Counted from the first letter of the stretch, positions 1-9,718 are shown. The stretch: DNA of 64,000 bases from Candidatus Omnitrophota bacterium (GCA_016208765.1 JACQXK010000004.1:20243-84242); one strand, 5' to 3'. Numbers and translations: made by a program. Notes: generated by a model not told the origin, from the sequence alone.

Positions 1-853
1 GCGTAAAGATGCAATCAACTCCTTTGTTTAACGTAGGTTGCCAAACCCTCCTGCACTCTTCTTCCAATGACATGCCCTGCTTAGAGTTGTAATCAAATGC
101 GGCCAGACCTTTCTCAATATGCATCGGCCTTCTGCGGGAAAAATCATACAAGCGATAAGTCAAATCACTAGACTCGGTAATCTCAACTGCCATAGATCCT
201 CCTGTCCAGCAATGAAGGACCCCCGAAGGTATCCTAAATATATCTCCGGGCTTAACATAAATTTTGTGAGCCAAGCTAAGTATATTCTCTTTTTTGCTAA
301 TTGCAGTTTCAAAAACCTCGCGGCCTATCCCGTCTTTTAAACCAAGGTACAATGCACTCTCTGCGCCTTCATGCAGGCCCAAAACTATAAAAACTTCTTC
401 TTTACCGCTATCATTCTCGCCAAGGGCCTTTGCCGTTTTATGCGATGGATGAAGATGCGCCGACATATGTTTATGCACATCAACAAATTTAACCAGCATC
501 GGGAAATTATTCCCACACACATCCACCACACTATCCCCCAGAATCAATCTAGCTAATTTTTCATCTTTGAGCAACTCCGGGAAAGATAAAATTCTGCCAT
601 CCTGCATCAGGATACGGGAGGGATACTTTTTATGCCCGGAGACTTCCCAAGACTCAGCCGCAATGATGGAATTATTGTCATATGGCAAACCTTTTAAGTC
701 ATAAAGATTATGCCCACCCCAAATGTAATCGGCAAAGTTTCCTTCAATAAACTTAATCGGGAATTTCGTTAAAACATCCATGTCGTCGCTACTTAAATTT
801 TCAATATTATTGCACGAGCTTAAATTAATAAAATTAGCATTATCAATACTCAT
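1..853 (-). CDS. manA: Type I mannose-6-phosphate isomerase (cupin); 3' end runs off the window
   Basis: Not in the ORF track. Hand translation from ATG 853 (ATGA overlap with the upstream stop) gives YIWGG, ESWEVSGH, FPMLVKFVD..MSAHLHP, GKEE, VKPGDIFRIPSGVLH and EITESSDLTYRLYDF, all PMI type I motifs. Confidence 0.85.
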   Translation of the reverse strand, partial: MSIDNANFINLSSCNNIENLSSDDMDVLTKFPIKFIEGNFADYIWGGHNLYDLKGLPYDNNSIIAAESWEVSGHKKYPSRILMQDGRILSFPELLKDEKLARLILGDSVVDVCGNNFPMLVKFVDVHKHMSAHLHPSHKTAKALGENDSGKEEVFIVLGLHEGAESALYLGLKDGIGREVFETAISKKENILSLAHKIYVKPGDIFRIPSGVLHCWTGGSMAVEITESSDLTYRLYDFSRRRPMHIEKGLAAFDYNSKQGMSLEEECRRVWQPTLNKGVDCIFT

Positions 854-2214
854 TGCTTCCCTTGTTTTAATGCTCTCTGCTTCTTCAACAAAAAGCTGAT
901 CCCTTCACCAAACGTCCTCGGAGTATCTATGTTTACCATATGAGTATTTAACGGTTTCCCCGCACATTGCCCTTGCGCTATTCCAATAATCGGAAACAGG
1001 AAATTTGTGCCGGTTACTTCGCTGTAAACAGCCGCTATCTGCTCTGCCATCTCCTGTTTATTCAATCCTTGCTGCCCATTAACCTGAAAAACCCCTGAAA
1101 TTCTATAGTCAAGAAGCCTTAACAAAGTCCTTGCCGCATCCTCAAGCAAAATAGGATGCTTAATTTGAACGTTATCAACTTCCAATGGCTCAGTTTTACT
1201 CAAACAGGAAATAATCTTACTTACTGTTGTCTTTTTATCATTTACACCATTATAACCATAAAGCGCTCCCAAACGCAAAACCAAAACATCAGAAAAACCA
1301 CTCAAAGAAACCCTTTCTCCTTCAAGTTTGGTATGTCCATAATAATTAATTGGGCTGGCTAAAGAATCAGATGCGTAAGGCCCGGTTTTTCCGTCAAAAA
1401 CATATTCACTGGATATGTAAACAAATTTACACTTCTTCTGATATTTAGCTATAAAAGAAACCGCATCGGTATTTAAAGCATAAGCTCTTTCCTTGTTTTT
1501 TTCAGCCGCATCTGCGTCGGCTTCACCGGCAACATAAATTATAATGTCAAAATCAGGGTTGGCGGAAAAATACCGCATGACATCCTCTTCACAAGTAACA
1601 TCCAATTTATCAAAATTTAATGAAGATGCCTTGCTAAAACCAGTACCTCTGACTTTGGCATATTCGCATTTGAAAAGATTGTAAACGGAATTACCAAATA
1701 AAGAGGTAGCGCCAATAATAAGCACAGATTTATTCCGCTTAGTCTGAATTTCTTTCCTCTCAGAAAGAATAAATGCAAGGCTGCCTGAAAGAACAGTAAT
1801 TTTCTCAAGTTTCCGAAATCCTTCAATATTTGTAAAAGCAATTATAGGAATAGTTTTCTTTTTAATTATCCCACAAAGGCTGGAAATAAGGCAAAAATTT
1901 TCCGCAATTTCTTCCAAGCTATTTATAATTAAAACATTTTTCTCCTCATCTGTTTTAATGCCATTAAGAAAACTTTGAAAGCTTGCCATAGCCTTATGCT
2001 TACCTGAATTCAGCAATGCCCTGATATCCAATTTAACGGCCTGATAATCAGGCTTGATATTACCAAGATACATCAATGTTTCACTGATTAGCTTCTCCCC
2101 CTGGGCAAACGATTCTGAAATAAACACAACGTTGCCAAATGCCCTGACAAGGCTCAACGCGCGAGAAATATCATTATTTAGAATAAGGTCAGTTCTTATA
2201 GGGACGCTTTCCAT
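850..2214 (-). CDS. RmlD-like NDP-sugar reductase (extended SDR) with a ~155-aa N-terminal degenerate Clp-type AAA-like domain
   Basis: C-terminal part has IIGATSLFG, ISSEYVFDG, PINYYGHTKLEGE (YxxxK) and LRLGALYG. The N-terminal part resembles ClpA/B NBD1 (see findings). Confidence 0.8.
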   Translation of the reverse strand: MESVPIRTDLILNNDISRALSLVRAFGNVVFISESFAQGEKLISETLMYLGNIKPDYQAVKLDIRALLNSGKHKAMASFQSFLNGIKTDEEKNVLIINSLEEIAENFCLISSLCGIIKKKTIPIIAFTNIEGFRKLEKITVLSGSLAFILSERKEIQTKRNKSVLIIGATSLFGNSVYNLFKCEYAKVRGTGFSKASSLNFDKLDVTCEEDVMRYFSANPDFDIIIYVAGEADADAAEKNKERAYALNTDAVSFIAKYQKKCKFVYISSEYVFDGKTGPYASDSLASPINYYGHTKLEGERVSLSGFSDVLVLRLGALYGYNGVNDKKTTVSKIISCLSKTEPLEVDNVQIKHPILLEDAARTLLRLLDYRISGVFQVNGQQGLNKQEMAEQIAAVYSEVTGTNFLFPIIGIAQGQCAGKPLNTHMVNIDTPRTFGEGISFLLKKQRALKQGKQ

Positions 2215-2323
2215 AAAATTTTTTCTTTGCGCTAAAATGCTGAAATTAAAATGATATACTGCTTCCCGTTTGGCAAGGCCTCACTAAAAATCCCTATTGG
2301 ATAACCATTTTACAGTTATCTCT

Positions 2324-3250
2324 CTAAGGAATAAAGCTATTTAATATCTTCAGGTTTGTTTCCTCGTTAACATCATTCACAGCTAAAGAAGATAAATCCT
2401 CAGCAGTAACATCCTTTGGATGATCCAGGCGGGAAATAATTGCCTTAAGTTTTCCGGAAACAACAGCCGGAGAATATTCACCGGTAATATCAACTCCAAT
2501 GATTTCGCAATTCTTATTAATTATTCGCAAGATCAATAATAACTTATCCAATGAGAACAAACCCTGTTCCCAATTAGTCAGGGCAAATTCCTGCGTAAGG
2601 CAATCCTTATCAATTGATATATATATTTTCTTAGTCGGTAAACTATTTAAAATTGAAAGTATAAATTCTCCAATATTCTTATCTCTTAATTCTTGCCAGA
2701 GGATTTTAGTTCTCATAACCCCTTTCTTAGAAGTCAGAGAATGATTCTCTGGGACTTGGCGAAAGAAAACCGTAGTCGGTTCATGCATATATGGGTAAAT
2801 CTCCAAACGGTTATTTTTCAGGCTGGATAAATTCCCTGTTTGAATATTCCAAGTTGAAATATCATTTGAAGAAACCCCTAATAAGACACATTTTTGGATA
2901 CGTTTATTTTTCAATGCTTCAGTTACCCACGATCCGCAACCATAACGGGGAGGAAGGATGTCCCAATCAGGATGGAAATCAAAAACAATCACGCAAAAAT
3001 CTTCGTCAAACTGATTCAGTAAAACACTGCTTATGTGGTGAAAATCCCCGGAACCCAATAAATTAATACAATTCCGATCTAAACTGCCAAGCCTTGCTTC
3101 AATTTCATTCTTTGTTCTATGGTTCATCCACAATCTGGCGCGGCGAGCCAAATCTTTAAAATCAATAATTTTTGGCTGATATAAAGAAAGGAGTCTCTGC
3201 TGGCTTACAACAGAATCGTCAAAATTTAATAAATGGATAGTTTTACTCAA
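2324..3250 (-). CDS. Arginase/ureohydrolase-superfamily protein
   Basis: GSGDFHH, FDFHPD, YISIDKDCL, NWEQG and GVDITGE are variants of ureohydrolase metal motifs. Confidence 0.75.
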   Translation of the reverse strand: MSKTIHLLNFDDSVVSQQRLLSLYQPKIIDFKDLARRARLWMNHRTKNEIEARLGSLDRNCINLLGSGDFHHISSVLLNQFDEDFCVIVFDFHPDWDILPPRYGCGSWVTEALKNKRIQKCVLLGVSSNDISTWNIQTGNLSSLKNNRLEIYPYMHEPTTVFFRQVPENHSLTSKKGVMRTKILWQELRDKNIGEFILSILNSLPTKKIYISIDKDCLTQEFALTNWEQGLFSLDKLLLILRIINKNCEIIGVDITGEYSPAVVSGKLKAIISRLDHPKDVTAEDLSSLAVNDVNEETNLKILNSFIP

Positions 3251-4671
3251 GAAGTCTTTTTTAGTGCCTTAGAAAGTGCCTCTTCAAAAAGCTCAACCGC
3301 TAAATCTATTTCTTTTTCAGTAATATAGAATGAAGGGGCGATAGTAAAACAGTTCTTGTAATATCCTCCTATATCAAGAATCAAGCCACGCCTCTTTCCT
3401 CCAACACTTAATTTCCCATCCAGGCCTATGTTGGCAATTGTATCCGCAAGCTCTCTGTTAGGAGTATACCCGTCCTTTTGGCACATCTCTATCCTCAATG
3501 CCAAACCCAATGCATCAACATCCCCCATTTGAGGGTACTTTTTCTGAAGTTTCTTAAGACGAGAGAGAAAATAACGGCCTTTCCTGGGAATTAAATCGGC
3601 AAAGTTAGACTCCTCTATTAATTTCATCACCTCTAACCCGGCTGCCGTACCCAGAGGGTTTGAAGAAAAAGTTGAATGAGTAGAACCCGGAGGGAAAACA
3701 TCCGGTGAAATAAGTTTCTCTTTAGCCCAAATCCCAGCGATAGAATTTAAACCGTTAGTTAAGGCTTTTCCGAAAACAATAATATCAGGAGTCACGTTAA
3801 AATGTTCAATGCCCCAGAACTTTCCTGTCCGGTAAAATCCCATTTGTATCTCGTCATCAACAAGAAGAATATTATACCTATCTAAAATTTCTTTTAACCC
3901 GGAGAAATAATCTTGCGGGGGGACAATATATCCTCCGGTTCCCTGAATCGATTCAATATAAAAAGCGGCAAATTCACATTTATTGTTCTTCTTGTTAACC
4001 ACGCCATAATATTCTGTTTCAAAAAGCCTCTCAAATTGTTTTAAACAATATAAGTCGCAAAAATCTCTTTTCTTGTCATACGGGCAGCGAAAACAATAAG
4101 GAAACGGCACAAACAATGCCCTATCACCAAAATGGCCAAAGCGCTCTCTGTAACGAAAACTAGATGTAATGGCAGAAACAGCTAATGTCCTTCCATGATA
4201 GCCCCCCATGAAAGCAAACACAAGGTTTCTCCCAGAACAATTTCTTACCAACTTCAAAGAATCTTCATTTGACTGCGATCCTCCCACATTAAAATGCACC
4301 CTTCCCTTTTCCTCAAAAGTCGTTTCTGAACGATGGCATATCTTTGTGGCTAACTGCACTTTTTCTTCGTGGATATACTGACAGGCAAGCTGAGGGAGGA
4401 TATCAATCTGCTTCTTTAATGCCCTGTTAAGGCGTTTATTTTTATACCCAAAGTTGCAGGCGGAATACCACATCTGGAGATCAAGGTATTGAGTTCCTTC
4501 CCTATCATATAAATAAATACCATCTGCTGACTTAAAAACATTCGGCTTCTCTGAATAATGCACCGTATCTCCCCAGGAACAATATTTTGCTTCCAAGGCC
4601 AAAAGATCATCAGTGCCATTAATTTCTTTTGGTTTAGCTGCTGCAAGTTTTGCGGCCTGTTTTATTCCCAT
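3247..4671 (-). CDS. Class III PLP-dependent aminotransferase
   Basis: GGYHGRT, IESIQGTGG, DDEIQMGFYRTG, FGKALTNG (PLP Lys), HSSTF. Confidence 0.93.
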   Translation of the reverse strand: MGIKQAAKLAAAKPKEINGTDDLLALEAKYCSWGDTVHYSEKPNVFKSADGIYLYDREGTQYLDLQMWYSACNFGYKNKRLNRALKKQIDILPQLACQYIHEEKVQLATKICHRSETTFEEKGRVHFNVGGSQSNEDSLKLVRNCSGRNLVFAFMGGYHGRTLAVSAITSSFRYRERFGHFGDRALFVPFPYCFRCPYDKKRDFCDLYCLKQFERLFETEYYGVVNKKNNKCEFAAFYIESIQGTGGYIVPPQDYFSGLKEILDRYNILLVDDEIQMGFYRTGKFWGIEHFNVTPDIIVFGKALTNGLNSIAGIWAKEKLISPDVFPPGSTHSTFSSNPLGTAAGLEVMKLIEESNFADLIPRKGRYFLSRLKKLQKKYPQMGDVDALGLALRIEMCQKDGYTPNRELADTIANIGLDGKLSVGGKRRGLILDIGGYYKNCFTIAPSFYITEKEIDLAVELFEEALSKALKKTS

Positions 4672-4753
4672 TTAAACTCCTTTTAATAAATTTATACACA
4701 TCGTTTAAATTTTTATAAGGCATGCAGTTAAGTTTATTATTCCTGCAATACTC

Positions 4754-5341
4754 TCACAGGCTGTCTTTGGCAAAAACAATATCAGCGTATTTTGCCGGAC
4801 AGATATCAGAACGGCCATCCCCAATGTATATAATTATAGAATTTTTAAAACTATTTGCCAAGAGATTTTTTGTCTTGCAGTGCGCGCAAATACTGCATTT
4901 TTTTGCCTGATAAGGGAACTGCGGAATGAGCCTGTTCCTGGATAACTCTAACTTATTAGAATAAACCTTTAACCCTTTAATGTAATTATGTTTTAAGATA
5001 CTCTTTAAGATATAATCAAAATTATCGCTTAGTACCGCAGACTTTATTTTCGCTTCTTTAAGGAATTTCACCAGGCGATTAAAATAAGGGTCAATTTTTA
5101 TACCGGAAAGATATTCATCAAGGTCTCTTTTTGTAATACGAATTCCCTGAAGCTGGCCGTGAAGGCACTTAAGAGAGCCGATCTTACCCTCCTGCCACTG
5201 TTTTTCCAGTTCAATCCAGCGTTTATTGCTGGAAAATAACGGGAGAATATTATCAAGGACATCACAGGAAGCTATGGTATTATCAAAATCAAAAAATACC
5301 GCACATTGGCTTGCTGAAAATTTAGGCAATTTTCTTTCCAT
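4754..5341 (-). CDS. MtnX-like HAD-IB phosphatase; in-frame TGA near the C-terminus (frame stays open to 4634)
   Basis: FDFDNT motif I, LSDN, C..CAHCK, YIGDGRSD motif IV, ADIVFAK. Confidence 0.85.
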   Translation of the reverse strand: MERKLPKFSASQCAVFFDFDNTIASCDVLDNILPLFSSNKRWIELEKQWQEGKIGSLKCLHGQLQGIRITKRDLDEYLSGIKIDPYFNRLVKFLKEAKIKSAVLSDNFDYILKSILKHNYIKGLKVYSNKLELSRNRLIPQFPYQAKKCSICAHCKTKNLLANSFKNSIIIYIGDGRSDICPAKYADIVFAKDSL

Positions 5342-5969
5342 AAATAAAAACTGGAGTGTCTTTCTTTGTTAAATATCTAAAGTATGTGCGTTTACCGGCA
5401 AACAATTGGCAAAGGCCCTGTTTAACAAAAAATTCAGCTGAATGTTCAGACATGGTCGCAAGTTGCACTGCTTTAACATTGTGCGCTTGTAAATAATCAA
5501 AATATGCCTGTATTAATTTTGAGCCTATACCAGAATGCCTGAATCCCGCGGCTAAATTAATATGTAAAGTTGCCGGATAATCTTTGGAGAAATCAGGCAT
5601 CTTAAACTCACCGTTAAAAATACTTTTTAACAAATTTAAGAAAAAAATATGGTTTTTCTTTTTAAAGAAAACACCTTTAAGAAAAGCGTAAATTAATAAA
5701 GCGGGAAAAATCCCAAACAGGAATTTCTTTGCTAAAACACGGGTATCTTTGGCACCGATAAGATAACCCACAACCTTACCGCCTGACTCAGCTACAAAAC
5801 AAGATTCCGGTTCATAATCAGTAAAATACCGTGTAAGAAAATCAGCAAGAACATCCTGCCCTTCAAAAAAAATGCCGGCAGGCTCTCCCATAAAAGCCGT
5901 ATCCCAGGAAATCTTTCTTACACTATCACGGTCAGGCTTTTGATAATGCCTGATTACAGCTTCTTCCAT
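5322..5969 (-). CDS. GNAT family N-acetyltransferase
   Basis: VVGYLIG, YPATLHINL and FRHSGIGSKLI acetyl-CoA motif. Confidence 0.85.
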   Translation of the reverse strand: MEEAVIRHYQKPDRDSVRKISWDTAFMGEPAGIFFEGQDVLADFLTRYFTDYEPESCFVAESGGKVVGYLIGAKDTRVLAKKFLFGIFPALLIYAFLKGVFFKKKNHIFFLNLLKSIFNGEFKMPDFSKDYPATLHINLAAGFRHSGIGSKLIQAYFDYLQAHNVKAVQLATMSEHSAEFFVKQGLCQLFAGKRTYFRYLTKKDTPVFIYGKKIA

Positions 5970-5986
5970 ATCATATTCGCTTTCTC

Positions 5987-6020
5987 AAAAAAAGGTGCCC
6001 CTTTAAGGGGACACCTTTTT
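5987..6020. terminator. Intrinsic terminator-like hairpin after thi4, with A/T tracts on both sides
   Basis: AAAAAAAGGTGCCCC-TTTAA-GGGGACACCTTTTT. Confidence 0.7.
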
Positions 6021-6047
6021 AATTATATCATAAAAGACTATAAGTAA

Positions 6048-6821
6048 TTATAGTTTCTTCAACAGATCATCTGCAACCTTGCGGCCGGATAACAACATCC
6101 CGCCAAAAATCGGGCCCATGCGCGGCCCGCCAAAAACAGCATTAGCGCACATACCGCAGGTGTATAAACCGGGAGCTACTTCCCTGGAATTTCTTACAAT
6201 TGTCTCTTCTCCTACCTCTGCCCACATGGAATTCTCTCCCATTACCTTGCCGGTTTTTGTATTTAACTTCAATCCGGATTTTCTTTCTGCAATACGCACT
6301 ACTTCTGCCGCATGGCCTGTGGCGTCAATAACCATTTTTGCGCGCATGGTGATAGGGTCAACATGAAGATTGGCAATTTCCACCGCCGTCCAGTTTAAAA
6401 CTAACCCTGCAATACGCCCTTTTCTAATCATCACATCTTCTGCGCTTAAAAGGTTAAAAATCTTAACCCCTTGCTTGATTGTTTTAGAGCAAATTGTAGA
6501 AACCGCCTCTACTGAATCTGCCAGATAATAGCCCTTTTCATACAAGCGGGTGCTAACATCAAACTCATTGAGGATTCGCCGGGCCTTTTCCTGCACAACA
6601 ATTTCATTAAACATAATCCCGCCGCCCCACATACCTCCTCCAACTGAAAGCTTGCGCTCAAAAATAACAACTCGCTTCCCTTTTTTTGCCAGATAATACG
6701 CGCAGCACATACCAGCCGGCCCTGCGCCTACAATAGCCACATCCACATCAAGCGCATCCAGAAGTTTTTTATTATAAGACTCAATTATTGCCCTTGAAAT
6801 TTTAATGTCATCTAATTGCAT
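6048..6821 (-). CDS. thi4: Sulfide-dependent (non-Cys) THI4 ADP-thiazole synthase
   Basis: [19 protein letters not shown] (His at the position of the suicide Cys), [20 protein letters not shown]. Confidence 0.95.
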   Translation of the reverse strand: MQLDDIKISRAIIESYNKKLLDALDVDVAIVGAGPAGMCCAYYLAKKGKRVVIFERKLSVGGGMWGGGIMFNEIVVQEKARRILNEFDVSTRLYEKGYYLADSVEAVSTICSKTIKQGVKIFNLLSAEDVMIRKGRIAGLVLNWTAVEIANLHVDPITMRAKMVIDATGHAAEVVRIAERKSGLKLNTKTGKVMGENSMWAEVGEETIVRNSREVAPGLYTCGMCANAVFGGPRMGPIFGGMLLSGRKVADDLLKKL

Positions 6822-6823
6822 GA

Positions 6824-7411
6824 TTAACCCTCCAGTTTTTTAATTGTAACTTTTTTTACGCCTTCCTTAACCATTCTCTTAATTGCATCTTCTGAATCAT
6901 TGGGTTTTAAGTTTACTCCTTTTATCGCATCCATCAGAATATTTACCTTAAAACCGTGCTTTAGCGCATCATGGGCAGTGAATTTAACACAATAATCTGT
7001 GGCAAGGCCTGCAATATAAATTTCTTTAACCTTAAAGAAATCCAACAACTTCTCTAAACTCATCCCCCGTTCATCTTCTGCCTGGAATGACGAATAACTG
7101 TCTTTCTTGGGATCAAGGCCTTTATACAAATAAATTGCTCCCTTTGGTAATTTCAGCTTCGGATGGAATGCTGCGCCCGGAGTATTCTGGACACAATGCA
7201 CAGGCCACACCCCGCCGAAATCCTTAAAATGTTTGCTTCTTAGAGGATGCCAATCACGGGTTGCGAAAACAAAGGATTCTTTTTTGGAGAAAAACTTCAG
7301 GTACCTGTTAACTACCGGAATGATTTTATCTGCCTCAGGAATACCCAAGGCCCCGCCGGGACAAAAATCATTCTGCACGTCCACAACTAACAACGCCTTT
7401 TTTGCTTTCAT
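6824..7411 (-). CDS. pncA: Nicotinamidase/pyrazinamidase
   Basis: [40 protein letters not shown]. Confidence 0.95.
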   Translation of the reverse strand: MKAKKALLVVDVQNDFCPGGALGIPEADKIIPVVNRYLKFFSKKESFVFATRDWHPLRSKHFKDFGGVWPVHCVQNTPGAAFHPKLKLPKGAIYLYKGLDPKKDSYSSFQAEDERGMSLEKLLDFFKVKEIYIAGLATDYCVKFTAHDALKHGFKVNILMDAIKGVNLKPNDSEDAIKRMVKEGVKKVTIKKLEG

Positions 7412-7441
7412 AAAAAAACCCTATGCCTAAAAACATAGGGG
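7412..7441 (-). terminator. Riboswitch expression-platform terminator that may also sequester the RBS
   Basis: CCCCTATG-TTTTTAGG-CATAGGG-TTTTTTT lies directly before the pncA ATG. Confidence 0.8.
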
Positions 7442-7457
7442 AAACTTGTATCACCTC

Positions 7458-7545
7458 TCTTCCTACGCTGGCATTACCCAGATCAGGTTATTAGGGTAAT
7501 CTGCTTTACGCAGAACTCTCAGGCCGCTCTACGACCTCCCCTTAC
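7458..7545 (-). ncRNA. TPP riboswitch (THI element)
   Basis: Minus strand AGGGGAGGTCG..CGGCCTGAGAG..ACCCTAATAACCTGATCTGGGTAATGCCAGCGTAGGAA contains the CTGAGA, ACCC, ACCTGATCTGGRTAATGCCAGCGTAGGRA consensus. It lies upstream of thi4. Confidence 0.95.
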
Positions 7546-7551
7546 AATATT

Positions 7552-7579
7552 ATTCTATCCTTAAAATAACTCTTGTCAA
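7552..7579 (-). promoter_or_regulatory. sigma70-type promoter of the TPP riboswitch-pncA-thi4 operon
   Basis: TTGACA-16 nt-TAGAAT just upstream of the riboswitch. Confidence 0.75.
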
Positions 7580-7609
7580 TTTAAAATACGCGGTGAAATG
7601 AAGCTTAAC

Positions 7610-7674
7610 AGCAATAAAAGTTTCTATTCGCACACGAGATTTCTTACCGCGTGCTCACAGAAACTTTAATTGCT
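7610..7674 (+). repeat. Repeat family A, copy 1 (internally deleted)
   Basis: AGCAATAAAAGTTTCT...AGAAACTTTAATTGCT terminal inverted repeat. Matches 28369 and 39052. Confidence 0.85.
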
Positions 7675-7709
7675 TTAGGTATCAGTAAAACCAGCAAGTT
7701 AGGAATTAT

Positions 7710-8720
7710 TCAGAATACACCCGATATATCCGCCTGACAAAAAGAACACTTCCCGTTTATTATATGATTTTCTAAAATATCAAAACCCTCGCGCGCTACC
7801 AGCAATTTCTTGCACTGCGGGCAAAAAGTATCATCCCCTAATCCGGAAACATTTCCGATATAAATATAATTTAATCCTGCATTTCTTCCAAGGTCTCTGG
7901 CAAACAACAAAGTTTTCTCCGGAGTTGATTTATGGCCGCTAAATTTATAATCCGGATGAAAACGCGAAATATGCCAGGGGATATTCTTATCTACACCCGC
8001 GATAAACCCGGCAACACCGCTTAATTCCTGTTCAGAATCATTTTCCCCGGGAATTACCAAAGTAGTCACCTCCACCCAAATCCCTAATTCATGCATCAGG
8101 CGGATTGAATTTAATACAGGCTCAAGGCTTGCAGCGCATATTTCTTTATAAGAGCTATCTTTAAAGAATTTTAGATCTACATTTGCAGCATCTAAATATG
8201 GCCTAAGCATTTCAAGGCACTGGCTGGTCATATAGCCGTTAGTAACAAAAATGTTCTTCAAGCCTTTTTCTTTGGCAATTTTTGCAATGTTTAAAGCGTA
8301 CTCAAAGAATATTGTCGGCTCGGTATAAGTATAAGAAATACTTTTACAGTTGTTCTCTAGCGCAAGCCTAACCACGTCTTCCGGAGTGAGTTTCTCCCCG
8401 TAATTAAATAAACCCTCCCTTGCCGAAGCCTGAGAGATCTCCCAATTCTGGCAGAAAGAACAACGAAAATTGCAACCAATAGCAGCTATGGAAAAACTGG
8501 ATGACCCAGGAAGAAAATGATACAACGGCTTCTTTTCAACAGGATCCACGTGCGCAGAAACAACCTCGCCATAAACATGGGTATAAAGCGTTCCTTGAAT
8601 ATTCTGCCTTACACCGCAAAAACCAAATTTGCCCTCGGAGATTCTGCAATTATGATTGCAAAGATAACAATGCGTTAAATTATTTGCTAATTTTTTATAA
8701 AGCAGGGCTTCTTTGCGCAT
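7710..8720 (-). CDS. amrS: AmmeMemoRadiSam-system radical SAM enzyme
   Basis: CYLCNHNC..GFCGVR, DPVEKKPLYHF, GCNFRCSFCQN, YTYTEP, WHISRFHP and C-terminal CPQC/CSFC. Confidence 0.9.
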   Translation of the reverse strand: MRKEALLYKKLANNLTHCYLCNHNCRISEGKFGFCGVRQNIQGTLYTHVYGEVVSAHVDPVEKKPLYHFLPGSSSFSIAAIGCNFRCSFCQNWEISQASAREGLFNYGEKLTPEDVVRLALENNCKSISYTYTEPTIFFEYALNIAKIAKEKGLKNIFVTNGYMTSQCLEMLRPYLDAANVDLKFFKDSSYKEICAASLEPVLNSIRLMHELGIWVEVTTLVIPGENDSEQELSGVAGFIAGVDKNIPWHISRFHPDYKFSGHKSTPEKTLLFARDLGRNAGLNYIYIGNVSGLGDDTFCPQCKKLLVAREGFDILENHIINGKCSFCQADISGVF

Positions 8721-8736
8721 ATTAAATTTAGAATGG

Positions 8737-9717
8737 CTAAATCCTGAACTCAGCTAATACTTTCTCTGGCGCCGGCTCAATCGGAGAGATTGCAAACTTA
8801 TCTGCTTTTGCCTGACGATATAGAATCTTCATTTCATTATTCACGCCGCGGTCGCAATAACGAGCAACAATACCACAAGACAAACTAATCGCTGAATCAT
8901 CAAACCTACCTCTGCCCAAAGCTGTTGGCCCAGCAACATCTTCTTGGGGCAGGAACAAATAATCATCGGCCTTCAAGAATTTTCCAAGCTGAACATTTTC
9001 ATTATGATTGCGCCCTACAATCAATTTAACGCCCGGGGCAAGGCGAAAATGCCTGCCTACCTTTAGCAATTCCACATTCTCCATATTTAATTCTTGATGA
9101 TTAATCAGATCTTTGAGCCTTTTTGCAAACTCCGGATTGGTCAAAAAACATCCTCCGGCCGGTTGGGCATATTTTTCTATTTTAAATCTCTTTGCCAAAG
9201 TAAACTGCCCTTTACGAGAACGGCCATTAAGCGCCAAAAGTTTTTCTCTTCTAATCCAACCTTTAATTTCGGGGATTGTCTCAGGCAGGACCAAAGCAGA
9301 AAGAGGGCGCAAGAGTAAACCATCTAAGCCGGACTTCTTCATAATCAGATCAAGCGCCTGCCTGTGCTGCGACATCGGGCGCTGGCCAACTACTTCTCCT
9401 GTAACTACAAATTCCGCCCCAAAAACCGGCAATAATTCCCGCGCCTTAGAAAGCATAAGTATTTTGCAATCAATACACGGATTCATGTTTGACCCAAATC
9501 CATATTCAGGACTGTGTAATAAACCCAGGAAATCAGCGCTAATATCAATGCTTTCCAGTTGCAACCCAAGATATTCTTTTATCAAAGAACCTGTATTTTG
9601 TTTCTTACAAAATGGAATCTTAAAATTTAAAGGTATAACTTCTATTCCCTGCTCCTGAATTACTTTTGCGGCCAGAATGCTGTCCAGCCCTCCTGAAATC
9701 AAAGCCAGGGCGCGCAT
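8737..9717 (-). CDS. PP-loop ATPase, ThiI/MnmA-like putative tRNA sulfurtransferase
   Basis: ALISGGLDS, NPCIDCK, TGEVVGQRPMSQ, PAGGCFLT. Start moved to MRALAL (ATG 9717). Confidence 0.75.
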   Translation of the reverse strand: MRALALISGGLDSILAAKVIQEQGIEVIPLNFKIPFCKKQNTGSLIKEYLGLQLESIDISADFLGLLHSPEYGFGSNMNPCIDCKILMLSKARELLPVFGAEFVVTGEVVGQRPMSQHRQALDLIMKKSGLDGLLLRPLSALVLPETIPEIKGWIRREKLLALNGRSRKGQFTLAKRFKIEKYAQPAGGCFLTNPEFAKRLKDLINHQELNMENVELLKVGRHFRLAPGVKLIVGRNHNENVQLGKFLKADDYLFLPQEDVAGPTALGRGRFDDSAISLSCGIVARYCDRGVNNEMKILYRQAKADKFAISPIEPAPEKVLAEFRI

Positions 9718-9718
9718 C

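Noticed and set aside
4754-4756. Selenocysteine or TGA reassignment
   Set aside because: The position is not an expected catalytic Cys, only a weak 4-bp hairpin follows, and TGA is a normal stop in other genes here.
7710-8720. Complete AmmeMemoRadiSam system
   Set aside because: Only the radical SAM gene is present; AMMECR1 and MEMO partners are not in the window.
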